Below are positions 37,223-47,929 of a DNA stretch of 64,000 nt, one piece after another. Below the pieces are notes generated by a model. That model saw only the letters and a program-made list of their open reading frames with translations, was not told the origin of the DNA and made no database searches. Position 1 is the stretch's first letter. Each line of letters starts with the position of its first letter. The translations under genes and the position numbers were made by a program. The DNA lies in the NCBI GenBank assembly GCA_033809515.1, contig JAPXLN010000002.1, positions 6,173 to 70,172 of the forward strand, read 5' to 3'. The DNA comes from Bacillota bacterium (GTDB taxonomy: Bacteria; Bacillota; Sulfobacillia; Fermentithermobacillales; Fermentithermobacillaceae).

Positions 37223-38461
37223 GTGACTACCGGACGTGTAGTGATTACCGGTATGGGAGTGATCAGCCCCATAGGGACGGGATTGGAGGCTTTCTGGCAA
37301 TCCCTTGTGGCAGGAAAATCGGGGATACGACCCATAAGCCGCTTCGACACAAGTGAGTATCCCTGCCGGTTAGCTGCGGAAGTTGATTTTGACCCCGGCC
37401 TTTACATTGAGAGACGGGAAGCAAGGAAGATGGACAGGTTTACCCAGCTGGCCGTGGTAGCTTCCAGAATGGCCATGGATGATTCGGGAGCCGGCGGCCG
37501 GTTGGTTCCGGAAAGAAGCGGTGTGCTTATGGGGACCGGCATAGGGGGTATGGAGAGTCTGGCCCGGGAGTTCGAAGTTTTGTCAAACAAAGGCCCTGGG
37601 AGGGTGTCTCCTTTTTTTATCCCTATGATGATCGCCAACATGGCTGCCGGGCAGGTTGCCATTGACCTCGGCCTCAAGGGACCCATCAACACGGTCATGA
37701 CTGCGTGCGCCTCCGGCACAAGCGCCGTCGGCGAGGGGTTCATGGTGATCCGGAGGGGTGATGCTGATCTAATGGTCTGCGGCGGTTCAGAAGCTTCCAT
37801 ACTTCCTATGGCGCTGGCAGGGTTTTGCTCCATGAAGGCCCTTTCTTTCCAGAACCATCTGGGACATGCAGCTTGCCGGCCTTTTGACAGGCGGCGGGAC
37901 GGCTTTATTATGGGCGAAGGCGCAGGCATTGTGGTTTTGGAGAGATTGGAACATGCTCTTGCCAGGGACGCGCACGTTTATGCCGAGGTGGCAGGTTTTG
38001 GCATGAGCGCAGACGCTTATCACATAACAGCGCCCGGTCCCCAGGGGGAAGGCGCTGCCAGGGCCATGAAGGAAGCAATGCGCGTTGCAGGAACAGAACC
38101 TGACAAGGTAGATTACATAAACGCACATGGCACTTCCACTCCTGCTAACGATGTGACTGAAACTTATGCCTTGAAGTCTGTATTTGGAGAGCGGGCATAT
38201 GAGATTCCCGTATCTTCTACAAAGTCAATGATTGGTCACCTTCTTGGGGCGGCGGGCGCAGTTGAGACCATAGCTACTGTATTGAGCATGAAACGCGGGA
38301 TCATTCCACCTACCATCAACTACGAAGAGCCTGACCCTGAGTGCGATCTGGATTATGTTCCTAACAAGGCCAGAGATTGCGAGTTCCATGTAGCTCTCAA
38401 GAACTCCTTTGGATTTGGGGGGCAAAACGCTTGTCTGGTACTGAAGAGATACTGCGGTTGA
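37223..38461 (+). CDS. fabF: 3-oxoacyl-ACP synthase II
   Basis: KAS-II pattern with an active-site Cys (..TACASGT..) and two His (..HGTST.., ..GHLLGAAG..). Confidence 0.9.
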   Translation: MTTGRVVITGMGVISPIGTGLEAFWQSLVAGKSGIRPISRFDTSEYPCRLAAEVDFDPGLYIERREARKMDRFTQLAVVASRMAMDDSGAGGRLVPERSGVLMGTGIGGMESLAREFEVLSNKGPGRVSPFFIPMMIANMAAGQVAIDLGLKGPINTVMTACASGTSAVGEGFMVIRRGDADLMVCGGSEASILPMALAGFCSMKALSFQNHLGHAACRPFDRRRDGFIMGEGAGIVVLERLEHALARDAHVYAEVAGFGMSADAYHITAPGPQGEGAARAMKEAMRVAGTEPDKVDYINAHGTSTPANDVTETYALKSVFGERAYEIPVSSTKSMIGHLLGAAGAVETIATVLSMKRGIIPPTINYEEPDPECDLDYVPNKARDCEFHVALKNSFGFGGQNACLVLKRYCG

Positions 38462-39168
38462 AATCCGTCCTGGAAGACGCTTTGGTGAGCCTCTCGCAGG
38501 AAATCATGACGGAGGCAGTCACCCACATTTCCTATGCAAACGAAAGATCCAAGGGGGCAGGATCAAACGAACGACTGGAGTACCTGGGTGATGCCGTTAT
38601 CTACCTGGGAGTGGGGTACCTTCTATATCAGCGGTGGCCCCAAGAGCGCGAAGGCGAGCTAACCCGGATGAGGGCCCACCTGGTGTCGGGCGACACGCTT
38701 GCAACCGTTGCTGAGCAGGCAGGCCTGGGACAGCACCTCCGGCTGGGCCGTGGCGAAGAGGCGACCGGCGGGCGCAAGAGACCCAGTATTCTGGCAGGCG
38801 CTTTGGAAGCAGTGGCCGGAGCTGTATTCCTCGAAAAAGGCTGGGAAGCTTCCCTTCGTCTTGTGGATGATCTCATGGTTCCGCCGGACCTATTGCTTGT
38901 GCCCCTTGATGCCAAGAACCATGCTCAGGAGGTAGTGCACAGAACTACAGGCGGCACCCTGGAGTACCGGGTGGTCAGTGTGGAAGGCCCGGATCACAAG
39001 CCGTGGTACACAGTAGCTTGTCTGGTAAACGGTAAGGAGGTATCCCGGGGCACAGGTTCGTCGAAGAAAGAGGCTGAGGAAAACGCGGCCCACACTTTTT
39101 TGGAACAAAAGTCAGATGTGTTTACGCAGTATGAAGATGACTTTCCCGGTGATGTAGTCGGGGGATAA
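38458..39168 (+). CDS. rnc: Ribonuclease III
   Basis: RNase III signature ..[10 protein letters not shown].. plus a C-terminal dsRBD. The TTG start overlaps the fabF stop. Confidence 0.85.
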   Translation: MKSVLEDALVSLSQEIMTEAVTHISYANERSKGAGSNERLEYLGDAVIYLGVGYLLYQRWPQEREGELTRMRAHLVSGDTLATVAEQAGLGQHLRLGRGEEATGGRKRPSILAGALEAVAGAVFLEKGWEASLRLVDDLMVPPDLLLVPLDAKNHAQEVVHRTTGGTLEYRVVSVEGPDHKPWYTVACLVNGKEVSRGTGSSKKEAEENAAHTFLEQKSDVFTQYEDDFPGDVVGG

Positions 39169-39681
39169 TACACAAGCGTGGTCTGTGGCATCCACATAGA
39201 GAACAGCTTTATCCGGAAGCCAGTAGCGTCTGGCCAGACAAGTCTGGCCGCCGTGACTTCCCACCACAAGGTCTCCCTGTTTGACGGGAGCTTCAGGGTC
39301 CACAATGAGAAGATCGCCTTCTCTGGCAAGAGGTCCGTATCTACCCGAAGACAGGGGGAAGGCGAAGCTTCCGGGACTCAGCGCGCCGGCCATGTAGTCC
39401 TCAAGGTTGGCCCGGACCGGCTCTGTGCCGCCCGTATGCACCGGTATTCCCAGGGAGCTGGGGGCATCTTTTGCCAGCGGCCTGTGGGCTTCTCGAATTC
39501 TTATCGGAAAGGTGCCGCTCAGGACCGCCTTTCGGAAGTCCTTGATACCGACGAACCCTGCCTTCCGGAGCCAGTAATACACGGATTTCTGCTCAGCATA
39601 GCCCATTGTCTGCGCCATTTCTCTGGCAGTTATGCCAGGGTTGGACAATACCAGTCGGGCCATATCATCAATGATGGACAA
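39112..39681 (-). CDS. LexA/S24-like HTH protein with non-canonical catalytic residues
   Basis: N-terminal HTH (..ITAREMAQTMGYAEQKSVYYWLRKAGF..). C-terminal S24-like beta-fold (..GDLLIVDPEAPVKQGDLVV..). Ser is present at the LexA Ser position, but Arg replaces the dyad Lys. Confidence 0.5.
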   Translation of the reverse strand: MSIIDDMARLVLSNPGITAREMAQTMGYAEQKSVYYWLRKAGFVGIKDFRKAVLSGTFPIRIREAHRPLAKDAPSSLGIPVHTGGTEPVRANLEDYMAGALSPGSFAFPLSSGRYGPLAREGDLLIVDPEAPVKQGDLVVGSHGGQTCLARRYWLPDKAVLYVDATDHACVLSPDYITGKVIFILRKHI

Positions 39682-39807
39682 ACACGTTCACTCCCAGGGA
39701 TTCCAAACATCCGGATAGAAAGCTTATATTCGAAAAGAGAGATTCCTTTACCTAAAAGGCATAAATGCAGGTACCCAATATGGGTATAGAGCGGGGGTAA
39801 TGGTCCT

Positions 39808-42800
39808 TTGCTGAGGAAGATAACCGTTCACGGGTTTAAGTCCTTTCCGGATCGCACAGAGCTGCAGCTGGGTCCGGGCATAACGGCCATAGTTGGACCT
39901 AACGGATGCGGCAAGTCGAACCTTGCGGATGCTTTGCGCTGGGTGCTCGGAGAGCAAAATCCGCGGGTTCTTCGTTCATGGCGTCTTGGAGACGTTATTT
40001 TCTCGGGGACAGAGACTAGGAGGGCAATGGGTCAAGCCGAGGTACGTCTGCTCCTTGAAGGCGCAGGTGACGGCGCCGAGACTGAGGTAGTCCGGCGTTT
40101 GGCCAGGGACGGTTCTAGCGAGTACCGCCTGAATGGCAGACAGTGCCGCCTCAAGGACGTTGTAGACATGTTTTCGGGAACAGGGTTATCTCACACAGGA
40201 TACGTTGTCATAGGCCAGGGTGCCATACATGATCTAGCCAGCGGGAAGCCTGAGGATCGCCGGGTATGGATTGAGGAAGCATCGGGTGTGGCCAAGGTCA
40301 GGCTGGACAAGCGGGAGACAGAGGGCAAACTGGAGCGGGCCCGGGCTTCTATTGTGAGATTGGACGATTTGCTTTTGGATCTTGCTGCCCGCAAAACCGT
40401 GTTGGAAGAGGATAGGAAGCTTGCCGGTGAGTACCGCCGGCTCACCGCCCAACGCAGGACCATGGAACTGGCCACCTGGCTCTACCAGGCAGAAGAGGAA
40501 AGCAAGAAACTGGTATCCCTCGGAAGAAAACTTCTTAAGACTCAGGAGGACCTTCAGAGGGGAAGGGAGACTCTGCCTGTCCTCGAGCAGGAATTTGCAG
40601 ACCTGATCGCCGAGAGAGAGAAGCAAGCTTTCGTCAGAAGACAGGCCATGAGTGAGAGACAAGACGCAGCGTCCAAACTCCTTGAACTGGAGAAAAGGCG
40701 TGAACAGGCTCGAAGCCAGACCGGGCTGTTGAGAAGGGAGATTGACGCTCGGGTTGTCAGGAAAGGGGTCATAGAAAAAGACCTGGCCCGCATCGGCCAA
40801 GAGGAAAAGACGTTGAAGGCGGCGCTGGTTGAAGTCCAGGCCCAAGACAGGGAGCTTGCGGAGAAACTGGACCAAGCTCGAGCCGAGAGAGCGCGGTCGG
40901 AGGCATTGTGGAAGGAACTGAGCGGAAAAGTGATCGGGGCAAGAGCTGAGATTGCTGCTTTGACCGGGGAGCTCAGTTCGTGGCAGCGGAAAAGAGACGA
41001 AGTCTCCAGGAAACTAGATGGGACCCAGGAGCAGATCAGCCTTTGCAGGGGCAATTTGATCACTGCACAGAAAGACAAAGGGCTCAAAACCAGAGAGCTT
41101 GCAGCTATTGTGGACGAGATCTCCCGGCGGGAAGATGATGTGCGTAAAACTCGCCATGCAGCAGCTTCTGTCGGCGAGAAAGCTGCTTCCTTGAGAGCGT
41201 CGCATCAAAGGGCGACCCTAAAGGAAAAGGACTTTGAGAGAACTGTCTCTGCCTTGTCAGCCAGAAAAAAGCTTCTTGAGGAAATGGAGAGGAAATTCGA
41301 AGGGTACAGCCGTGGACCGCGAACTATCCTTGAAGCTGCCGCCCAGGGCAGGCTAAATGGGGTATTAGGTCCTGTGAGCGGCCTTCTGGGGGCAAGTGAG
41401 GAATACATACCGGCCTTGTCGGCGGCCATCGGAGGCGCCGCTGAGAACATCGTTGTGCAGACAGAAGAAGATGCCAAACAGTCCATTGAGTATCTGAAGA
41501 AGGTAAGGGGCGGGCGAGTGACTTTCCTGCCTTTGCCTTTGTTAAGGCGTCGCTCTATGCATGGCCGGGCAGTGGGAGCTATGACGAGTCTTAAAGGCGT
41601 CAGGGCCTTGTCTGAGGTTGTGTCTTGTCCGAAGAGCCTGGAACCTCTGGTTCGCTATCTGCTTGGAAACGTAGTCCTGGCTGACACAATCGAAGTTGGG
41701 TTGGAGTTCATGAAGGCATCAGGTTGGGTAGCCAGGGTGGTCACACTTGCTGGCGAGATCATAGATCCGGGCGGTGCCATGACCGGTGGGGAAGCGCCCA
41801 GGCATGAAGTGCTGTTTAGGAGAAAACAGGAGCTTGCCGCCTTGGGACTGGACCTAGGTAGGGCGTCCTCTGAGCTTGAGGAAATCCGGGCCCAATGCAA
41901 CAACCTTGCGCAGGAGTCGGCAGAAGCTCTCCTGCAGGTGGCAGCAGCTAAAGAGAGGCTTACTGAACAGATGGGGGCTCTGGATAAGGCCTTGGCGAAA
42001 AAGCAGACCCTCGAGTCTGACCTTGAGTCCCTTGAGGCTCTGATGGCCAGGACAACCCGGGAAACAGACCTCCTTCAGGAGAATGTCAAGGGCCTCGCCG
42101 AGGAAAGAGACTATTTGGTAAACCGGGAGAAAGAGATTGCCGGAAGCATTGGTTCTCTTCAAGAGCGCTTGCGGGATCATGAGGCAGCCATGGATGAGAT
42201 AGGCAAAGACGATGAAGACGCATTGTCTGTTCTTCGCAATCTTTCCGGCCATAAGGAAAAAACTGAGCGCCAGCTGTTCGCTTTGACAAGACGGTTTGAG
42301 AGTTTATCGGGCGAAAGGGTTACTCTGGAGAGAAGCCTTGAAGAGGAGAACAAGGAGATTCTCAGACAATCGGGCTTGCTTGAGCAGGCACAAGCTCAGG
42401 ATCGAGAGTACTCCGTGAAGATCCTTGACCTTGACGGGCAGGTCAAAACCCTGGTCGGGGAGCTGGTTGAGGTGGAGCGGCGTGAAGCGCACATCAGTGA
42501 GACCATGGCCAAACTGAAAGAGAACATGGAACGATTGGATACTGAAAAGGGAAGGCTGGAAGGGAGGATTCATGAGACTCAGGAAGAGATCGCATCTCTC
42601 CAGAAATCCTTTCAGGATACGTGCAACCTTCTTTCCACACAGTTCGGCATAGGGAATTTCCAGGAGTATGAAGGCCCCAGGATGCCCAGGGCAAGCGGAC
42701 TTGCGGCCATTGAGGAGCTTGACATGGCCCTTAGCCGCATGGGAAGCGTCAACCTGAGGGCCGAAGACGATTGCAAGGAAGTCTCTGACAGGATCGGGTT

Positions 42801-43350
42801 TCTTACAGTTGAGAAAGAGGACGTTGAGAGAGCCATTGAAGAGCTCCTGAAAGCTCAGGTTCTTGTTGAAAAGGAGATTGAACGCCGGTTCATCACAACT
42901 TTCCAGAAGGTTGCGGCAAGCTTTGAGAGGGTGTTCTCAGACCTGTTCGGCGGAGGAACCGGACAGCTTATTCTGGCGGAAGAGACTCTCGGCGTAGAGG
43001 TTGAAGCTCAGCCGCCAGGACGTAAGCACAAACACATAAACCTTCTTTCCGGGGGAGAAAGGGCTCTGTGCGGGCTGGCGCTCATATTCTCGGTTCTTTC
43101 TGTCAGGCCGTCACCGCTTATTGTTCTTGATGAGGCAGACACTTCCCTTGACGAGGCCAACGTTGTGCGCTTTAGTAGATTTCTCAAAAGATACTCCCGG
43201 GAGACCCAATTCCTGGTCATTACGCACCAGAAAGCTACTATGGAAGTTGCCGATCTGCTCTATGGGGTTACAATGGAGGAGCCAGGTGTCTCCAAAGTGT
43301 TTAGCATGCGTCTTGACCAATCCCAGAACGCAGCGCACAGAGCGCCGTGA
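39808..43350 (+). CDS. smc: Chromosome partition protein SMC
   Basis: N-terminal Walker A (GPNGCGKSN), long coiled coils with a hinge, C-terminal LSGGE signature and Walker B. Confidence 0.9.
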   Translation: MLRKITVHGFKSFPDRTELQLGPGITAIVGPNGCGKSNLADALRWVLGEQNPRVLRSWRLGDVIFSGTETRRAMGQAEVRLLLEGAGDGAETEVVRRLARDGSSEYRLNGRQCRLKDVVDMFSGTGLSHTGYVVIGQGAIHDLASGKPEDRRVWIEEASGVAKVRLDKRETEGKLERARASIVRLDDLLLDLAARKTVLEEDRKLAGEYRRLTAQRRTMELATWLYQAEEESKKLVSLGRKLLKTQEDLQRGRETLPVLEQEFADLIAEREKQAFVRRQAMSERQDAASKLLELEKRREQARSQTGLLRREIDARVVRKGVIEKDLARIGQEEKTLKAALVEVQAQDRELAEKLDQARAERARSEALWKELSGKVIGARAEIAALTGELSSWQRKRDEVSRKLDGTQEQISLCRGNLITAQKDKGLKTRELAAIVDEISRREDDVRKTRHAAASVGEKAASLRASHQRATLKEKDFERTVSALSARKKLLEEMERKFEGYSRGPRTILEAAAQGRLNGVLGPVSGLLGASEEYIPALSAAIGGAAENIVVQTEEDAKQSIEYLKKVRGGRVTFLPLPLLRRRSMHGRAVGAMTSLKGVRALSEVVSCPKSLEPLVRYLLGNVVLADTIEVGLEFMKASGWVARVVTLAGEIIDPGGAMTGGEAPRHEVLFRRKQELAALGLDLGRASSELEEIRAQCNNLAQESAEALLQVAAAKERLTEQMGALDKALAKKQTLESDLESLEALMARTTRETDLLQENVKGLAEERDYLVNREKEIAGSIGSLQERLRDHEAAMDEIGKDDEDALSVLRNLSGHKEKTERQLFALTRRFESLSGERVTLERSLEEENKEILRQSGLLEQAQAQDREYSVKILDLDGQVKTLVGELVEVERREAHISETMAKLKENMERLDTEKGRLEGRIHETQEEIASLQKSFQDTCNLLSTQFGIGNFQEYEGPRMPRASGLAAIEELDMALSRMGSVNLRAEDDCKEVSDRIGFLTVEKEDVERAIEELLKAQVLVEKEIERRFITTFQKVAASFERVFSDLFGGGTGQLILAEETLGVEVEAQPPGRKHKHINLLSGGERALCGLALIFSVLSVRPSPLIVLDEADTSLDEANVVRFSRFLKRYSRETQFLVITHQKATMEVADLLYGVTMEEPGVSKVFSMRLDQSQNAAHRAP

Positions 43351-43374
43351 TACACAGGCAGAGGAGCGTAAGCA

Positions 43375-44295
43375 ATGAATCTCTATGATAAGCTCAAAGC
43401 TGGTCTGGCGAAGACCTCCAGAAACATCCTAGGTGTTCTTCAAGGGGCGTTTGGTGCAGGTAAGATTACCGAGGAAACCCTTGATATGCTTGAGGAAGCG
43501 TTAATTCAGGCCGATGTTGGAGTGCAGGCGGCCCATTTTTTCAGGGAGAGGGTCAAAGAGGAAAGCCAACGCGCAGGGCCGGCAACCGAAAAAGAGTTCT
43601 TAACTCTTCTTGAGAGGCTGGTAAAGGAAGTCCTTGATGCTGTGGTTGAGCCTTTGTGCGTTGCAGAGACAGGACCCACAGTGTATGTGGTTGTAGGCGT
43701 GAACGGTTCCGGCAAGACCACCACTGCCGGCAAACTGGCTCAACGATGGCGCAATGAGGGCAAGACCGTTATTCTTGCGGCAGGCGATACCTTTCGAGCT
43801 GCTGCTGCTGATCAGCTTGCCATATGGGCCAAGCGATCAAGTGCTACTCTCATAGCCCATCAAGAGGGGTCAGACCCGGGGGCGGTAGCCTATGATGCAG
43901 TGCGCGCAGCTGTGGCCAGAGAAACCGATCTGGTGCTGGTTGACACTGCCGGCCGTATACACACTAAGAAGAACCTCATGGAAGAGCTGAAAAAGATAGT
44001 CAGGGTGGTTAGCAGGGAGTTGCCCGGCGCTCCACACGAGATTCTTTTGGTCCTCGACGGTACCACGGGCCAAAACGGTCTGTCGCAGGCCAGAATGTTT
44101 ACAGACGCAGTAGGAGTTACGGGCATTTGTCTGACCAAACTAGACGGTTCGTCGAAAGGCGGTATTGCCGTGGCCATAGCGCAAGACCTTGGGATCCCGG
44201 TCAAACTGGTGGGAGTGGGTGAGGGTTCCGGGGATCTTCTTGACTTTGACCCGGCAGCTTTTTCCGCCGGCCTCTTTGAGACTCCGGACCCCTAG
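43375..44295 (+). CDS. ftsY: Signal recognition particle receptor FtsY
   Basis: NG domain with GVNGSGKTTT, DTAGR and TKLDG. Confidence 0.9.
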   Translation: MNLYDKLKAGLAKTSRNILGVLQGAFGAGKITEETLDMLEEALIQADVGVQAAHFFRERVKEESQRAGPATEKEFLTLLERLVKEVLDAVVEPLCVAETGPTVYVVVGVNGSGKTTTAGKLAQRWRNEGKTVILAAGDTFRAAAADQLAIWAKRSSATLIAHQEGSDPGAVAYDAVRAAVARETDLVLVDTAGRIHTKKNLMEELKKIVRVVSRELPGAPHEILLVLDGTTGQNGLSQARMFTDAVGVTGICLTKLDGSSKGGIAVAIAQDLGIPVKLVGVGEGSGDLLDFDPAAFSAGLFETPDP

Positions 44296-44409
44296 AGGTC
44301 AGAGTTCCTATTGCCTTATCCGGTGCCCAGGTGTATTATCATGAGGTGTCAAGGTGTAGACCATGACATTGATTGCGCGGAGGTTGCCGGTTTGGCGGAA
44401 AGGTCTAGC

Positions 44410-44778
44410 ATGTTGCCTGAAAAGATGCACCGTCTGAGTCTGCTGCGAGATACCTACGAGGGTCTTTTGCCGCCAAGGCAAAGGGAAGTTTTGCGCATGA
44501 AACTGGATGAAGACCTCTCCCTGGGTGAAATCGGCGAGATTTTGGGCATTTCCAGGCAGGCCTGTGAGGACGCTCTCCGGCGGGGCGAAAGGGCGATTCT
44601 TCGCTACGAAGACAAGCTCGGGTTTCTCAGACGGCAAATCGAGCAAGCGGCGCAGATTGAGGCAGTTGTGTCGAGTCTTGAGTCTATGACAGCGGAGAGC
44701 TGGAGCGAAAAACGGGATCAGGCGCTCCGGCATCTCCGGGACCGGGAAGACGGAGGTGAGAGATTCCATGGAATTTGA
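44410..44778 (+). CDS. ylxM: YlxM/UPF0122 putative DNA-binding protein upstream of ffh
   Basis: Sigma-70 region-4-like HTH (..LSLGEIGEILGISRQA..). Conserved ylxM-ffh order. The ATG at 44410 is preferred over the ORF-track start at 44311. Confidence 0.7.
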   Translation: MLPEKMHRLSLLRDTYEGLLPPRQREVLRMKLDEDLSLGEIGEILGISRQACEDALRRGERAILRYEDKLGFLRRQIEQAAQIEAVVSSLESMTAESWSEKRDQALRHLRDREDGGERFHGI

Positions 44779-46087
44779 GAATTTGGCCTCGCGTCTGGCA
44801 GGTGTTTTTCGCAGACTGAGGGGAAAGGGCAGGCTTTCGGAAAAGGATGTGGACGAGGCCCTGAGGGAGGTAAGGCTCTCTCTCTTGGAGGCTGACGTAA
44901 ACTTCAAAGTAGTCCGTGAGTTTGTCGCAGCAGTCAAAGAGCGGTGCCTGGCTTCAGATGTGCTTGAGAGTCTCACTCCCGCTCAACAGGTCGTCAAGAT
45001 CGTAAACGAAGAGCTTACCCAGCTTCTTGGGGGAAAGACCAGTCACATTGATTTGTCCGGAAAGCCGCCTGCGGTCATTGCCCTTTTCGGGTTGCAGGGT
45101 TCAGGAAAGACCACGGCTGCGGGCAAGCTGGCGCTGCTTCTCAAGAAGAGCGGGCGGAGGGTGCTTACGGTCTCCTGTGACGTATACAGGCCTGCAGCTC
45201 AGCGCCAGTTGGAAATACTGAGCGAGAAGGCCGGAGCTTCATTCTTCACCATGGGCCAGGATGTTCCGGCTGACGTGATCGCCCGCCACGGCATTGAGAA
45301 GGCTGTGTCTTCGGCCCGGGATGTAGTTATCGTTGATACAGCCGGAAGACAGCAAGTGGCTGAAGACATGATGGATGAAGCGCGGCGCATTAAAGAAGCT
45401 GTGTCTCCCAGGGAATGCTTCTTGGTGGCTGATGCCATGACCGGCCAGGAAGCGTGCAAGGTCGCTTTGGCTTTTGATGAAGTCGTGGGCGTTACCGGAA
45501 TCATACTGACCAAGGTGGACTCAGACGCCAGAGGCGGCGCCGCCCTTTCAGTGGCCAAGGTCACCGGGAAACCCATTAAGTATGTCTCCACAGGCGAAAA
45601 ACTTGAAGACTTTGAGGTTTTCCATCCGGATCGCATGGCTTCCCGAATTCTTGGAATGGGAGACATGCTGACTCTCATTGAAAAAGCTGAAGCTTCTTTT
45701 GACCAAAAAAAGGCAGAGGCCTTGGAGAAGAAGATCCGGCGAAAGGACTTTACCCTGGAGGACTTCCTGGAACAGATGAAAGAGGTCCAGAAGATGGGTT
45801 CTTTGGGAGACATCCTGAGGATGATACCGGGCGCCGGCAGGATGAAGATTGACATGGACGTAGATCCCAAAGAGTGGAGGCGTCTCGAAGCTATGATAAG
45901 TTCAATGACGCCCTCTGAGAGACGGCAGCCTGAGATAATCGATGGCTCCCGCAAGAGAAGGATTGCCAAAGGAAGCGGTACCCAGGTCCAGGATGTGAAC
46001 CGTCTCCTCAAGCAGTTTTTTCAGGCAAGGAAGATGCTTTACCAAATGGGTTCAGGAGGTAAGGCGGGCAGGATACGCATTCAGTGA
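44768..46087 (+). CDS. ffh: Signal recognition particle protein Ffh
   Basis: N, G (GLQGSGKTT, DTAGR, TKVD) and M domains. Confidence 0.9.
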   Translation: MEFENLASRLAGVFRRLRGKGRLSEKDVDEALREVRLSLLEADVNFKVVREFVAAVKERCLASDVLESLTPAQQVVKIVNEELTQLLGGKTSHIDLSGKPPAVIALFGLQGSGKTTAAGKLALLLKKSGRRVLTVSCDVYRPAAQRQLEILSEKAGASFFTMGQDVPADVIARHGIEKAVSSARDVVIVDTAGRQQVAEDMMDEARRIKEAVSPRECFLVADAMTGQEACKVALAFDEVVGVTGIILTKVDSDARGGAALSVAKVTGKPIKYVSTGEKLEDFEVFHPDRMASRILGMGDMLTLIEKAEASFDQKKAEALEKKIRRKDFTLEDFLEQMKEVQKMGSLGDILRMIPGAGRMKIDMDVDPKEWRRLEAMISSMTPSERRQPEIIDGSRKRRIAKGSGTQVQDVNRLLKQFFQARKMLYQMGSGGKAGRIRIQ

Positions 46088-46133
46088 CCCCTGATTACTG
46101 TCCAAGGGGTTCAAGAAAGGAGAGTTGTTTGAT

Positions 46134-46406
46134 TTGGCGGTGAAGATTCGGTTAAAGAGGATGGGTGCAAAGAAACGACCTTCGTATCGAATAGTGGTGT
46201 CTGATTCGAGAAATCCGAGGGACGGCAAGTCTATCGAGGAAATCGGGTTCTATGACCCGACAACCAGTCCTGCCACCTACAGTGTGCAGGAGGAAAGAGC
46301 AATTCTGTGGCTGGGCCGGGGGGCAGTTCCCACCCCAACGGCCAGGTCAATTCTCAACCGTGCCGGTGTCCTGGAGAAGTGGCAGACTGTAAAGAACGAG
46401 AGATAA
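46134..46406 (+). CDS. rpsP: 30S ribosomal protein S16
   Basis: (M)AVKIRLKRMGAKKRPSYRIVV.. Start is the TTG at 46134 with AAGGAGAG upstream. Confidence 0.9.
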   Translation: MAVKIRLKRMGAKKRPSYRIVVSDSRNPRDGKSIEEIGFYDPTTSPATYSVQEERAILWLGRGAVPTPTARSILNRAGVLEKWQTVKNER

Positions 46407-46427
46407 ACTTCTCAAAGGAGGACGTAT

Positions 46428-46661
46428 ATGCTGGATGATTTGGTCAAGTTCATAGCTAGCGCTATTGTCGACAATCCGGACCAGGTGGAGGTTAATGAGG
46501 TTCAGGGCGAAAGGACCGTAGTGTACGAGCTAAGGGTTGCCCCCGAAGACATGGGCAAGATCATCGGCAAAAAAGGCCGGGTTATCCATGCCGTTAGGGC
46601 GGTGGTTCAGGCAGCGGCAGCCAGAGAAGGGAAACGAGCTACGGTAGAGATTCTTGAGTAA
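46428..46661 (+). CDS. KH-domain RNA-binding protein (YlqC-like)
   Basis: ..[17 protein letters not shown].. KH motif (GxxG). Confidence 0.8.
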   Translation: MLDDLVKFIASAIVDNPDQVEVNEVQGERTVVYELRVAPEDMGKIIGKKGRVIHAVRAVVQAAAAREGKRATVEILE

Positions 46662-46687
46662 CTGCGCGCCAAGGATGGTGAGGTCAA

Positions 46688-47125
46688 ATGCTCGTCTCCA
46701 GGGTTGTGACGGTGAAGTCCAGGGTAACCCCTGGGTTACGCGCCCAGCTTGGTGTTGAGATCCAGAGGTCCTTGCGAGAAGTGGATCAGGAGATGACCGG
46801 TATCATGTCCCAGCTTGACAAGGCACAGGCGACTCTTGGCGAAAAAGAGCGCGCCCGGTTGGAGAAGGAAAAACAGGAACTGCTTGCGCGCAGAGAAAAC
46901 CTTACGCGGCAGTTAAGGGATATTGCCAGGCTTACCGATGGTCAGGAGCTGTCAAGAGGTCAGATTCAGGGGTTCTATGACCTTCAGGTGGGAGATCCGT
47001 GGCCTGACGTTTTGTCGTGTGAAGTAGTCATAGAGGACGGCAGGGTTGTGGCTATGCGAGAGAGCTCGTCTGTGACTGCGTTTGTCCCGGACCGGCAAAC
47101 GCCTCAACCGGGGGAGACCTCTTAG
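46688..47125 (+). CDS. YlqD-like protein
   Basis: Positional and compositional resemblance to B. subtilis YlqD (coiled-coil centre, ..VVIEDGRVV.. C-terminus). It is not RimM. Confidence 0.5.
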   Translation: MLVSRVVTVKSRVTPGLRAQLGVEIQRSLREVDQEMTGIMSQLDKAQATLGEKERARLEKEKQELLARRENLTRQLRDIARLTDGQELSRGQIQGFYDLQVGDPWPDVLSCEVVIEDGRVVAMRESSSVTAFVPDRQTPQPGETS

Positions 47126-47144
47126 GCCGCCGGGAGGTAGAGCT

Positions 47145-47888
47145 TTGAGATTTTACGTTCTCACTCTCTTTCCTGAGATGTTCCATGGTGTTCTCGGTTC
47201 CAGCATCTTGAGCCGGGCACGCCAGGAAGGCCTCATATTCGTTGAGCTTGTGAACATCAGGGATTTTACCAATGATCCCCATGCCACAGTCGACGACTAT
47301 CCCTACGGTGGGGGACCTGGTATGGTCATGAAGCCTGAGCCTATATACGAGGCAGTTGAGTGGGTTGAGAAGGATCTGGGGGAGCGCCCTTATGTGGTTC
47401 TTCTAACTCCGCAGGGAAGAAAGTTTGATTCAGGCTTGGCCAGGGATCTTGCCGGGAGGGAGAGCATTGCCCTGATCGCAGGGCACTATGAGGGATTCGA
47501 CGAGAGAGTGAGGCACATTGCGCAGGAAGAGGTCTCAGTAGGTGATTTTGTGCTTACCGGAGGCGAGATTCCTGCCATGCTGGTGCTGGACGCGGTGTCC
47601 AGGTTTGTCCGGGGGGTTTTGGGCGACAGCGAGTCTGCGGACCAGGATTCCTTTTCAGAAGGGCTCCTTGAGGGACCCCAGTATACAAGACCGCCTGAGT
47701 ACAGAGGGATGAAGGTCCCGGAGGTGCTGCTGACAGGTGACCACCGTGCCATAGAGCGGTGGAGGCGAAAGGAAGCTATTCGGAGGACTTTCAACAGAAG
47801 AAAGGATCTCCTGAATAGTGCGTGTTTGACCTTTCAAGATATGGTTCTGCTTGAAGAAGTGAAAAGTGAAGAGGCAAGCAAAGAATAG
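47145..47888 (+). CDS. trmD: tRNA (guanine37-N1)-methyltransferase
   Basis: [13 protein letters not shown].. start. TTG at 47145 with GGAGG 8 nt upstream. SPOUT knot motifs. Confidence 0.9.
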   Translation: MRFYVLTLFPEMFHGVLGSSILSRARQEGLIFVELVNIRDFTNDPHATVDDYPYGGGPGMVMKPEPIYEAVEWVEKDLGERPYVVLLTPQGRKFDSGLARDLAGRESIALIAGHYEGFDERVRHIAQEEVSVGDFVLTGGEIPAMLVLDAVSRFVRGVLGDSESADQDSFSEGLLEGPQYTRPPEYRGMKVPEVLLTGDHRAIERWRRKEAIRRTFNRRKDLLNSACLTFQDMVLLEEVKSEEASKE

Positions 47889-47929
47889 ACGACAGGTCAT
47901 ATAGGTCTTTAGGAGTGATTACAGTGGAC

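Noticed and set aside
37402-38128. Minus-strand ORFs inside fabF
   Set aside because: Antisense to a highly conserved enzyme gene.
45199-46011. 270-aa minus-strand ORF inside ffh
   Set aside because: Antisense artefact.
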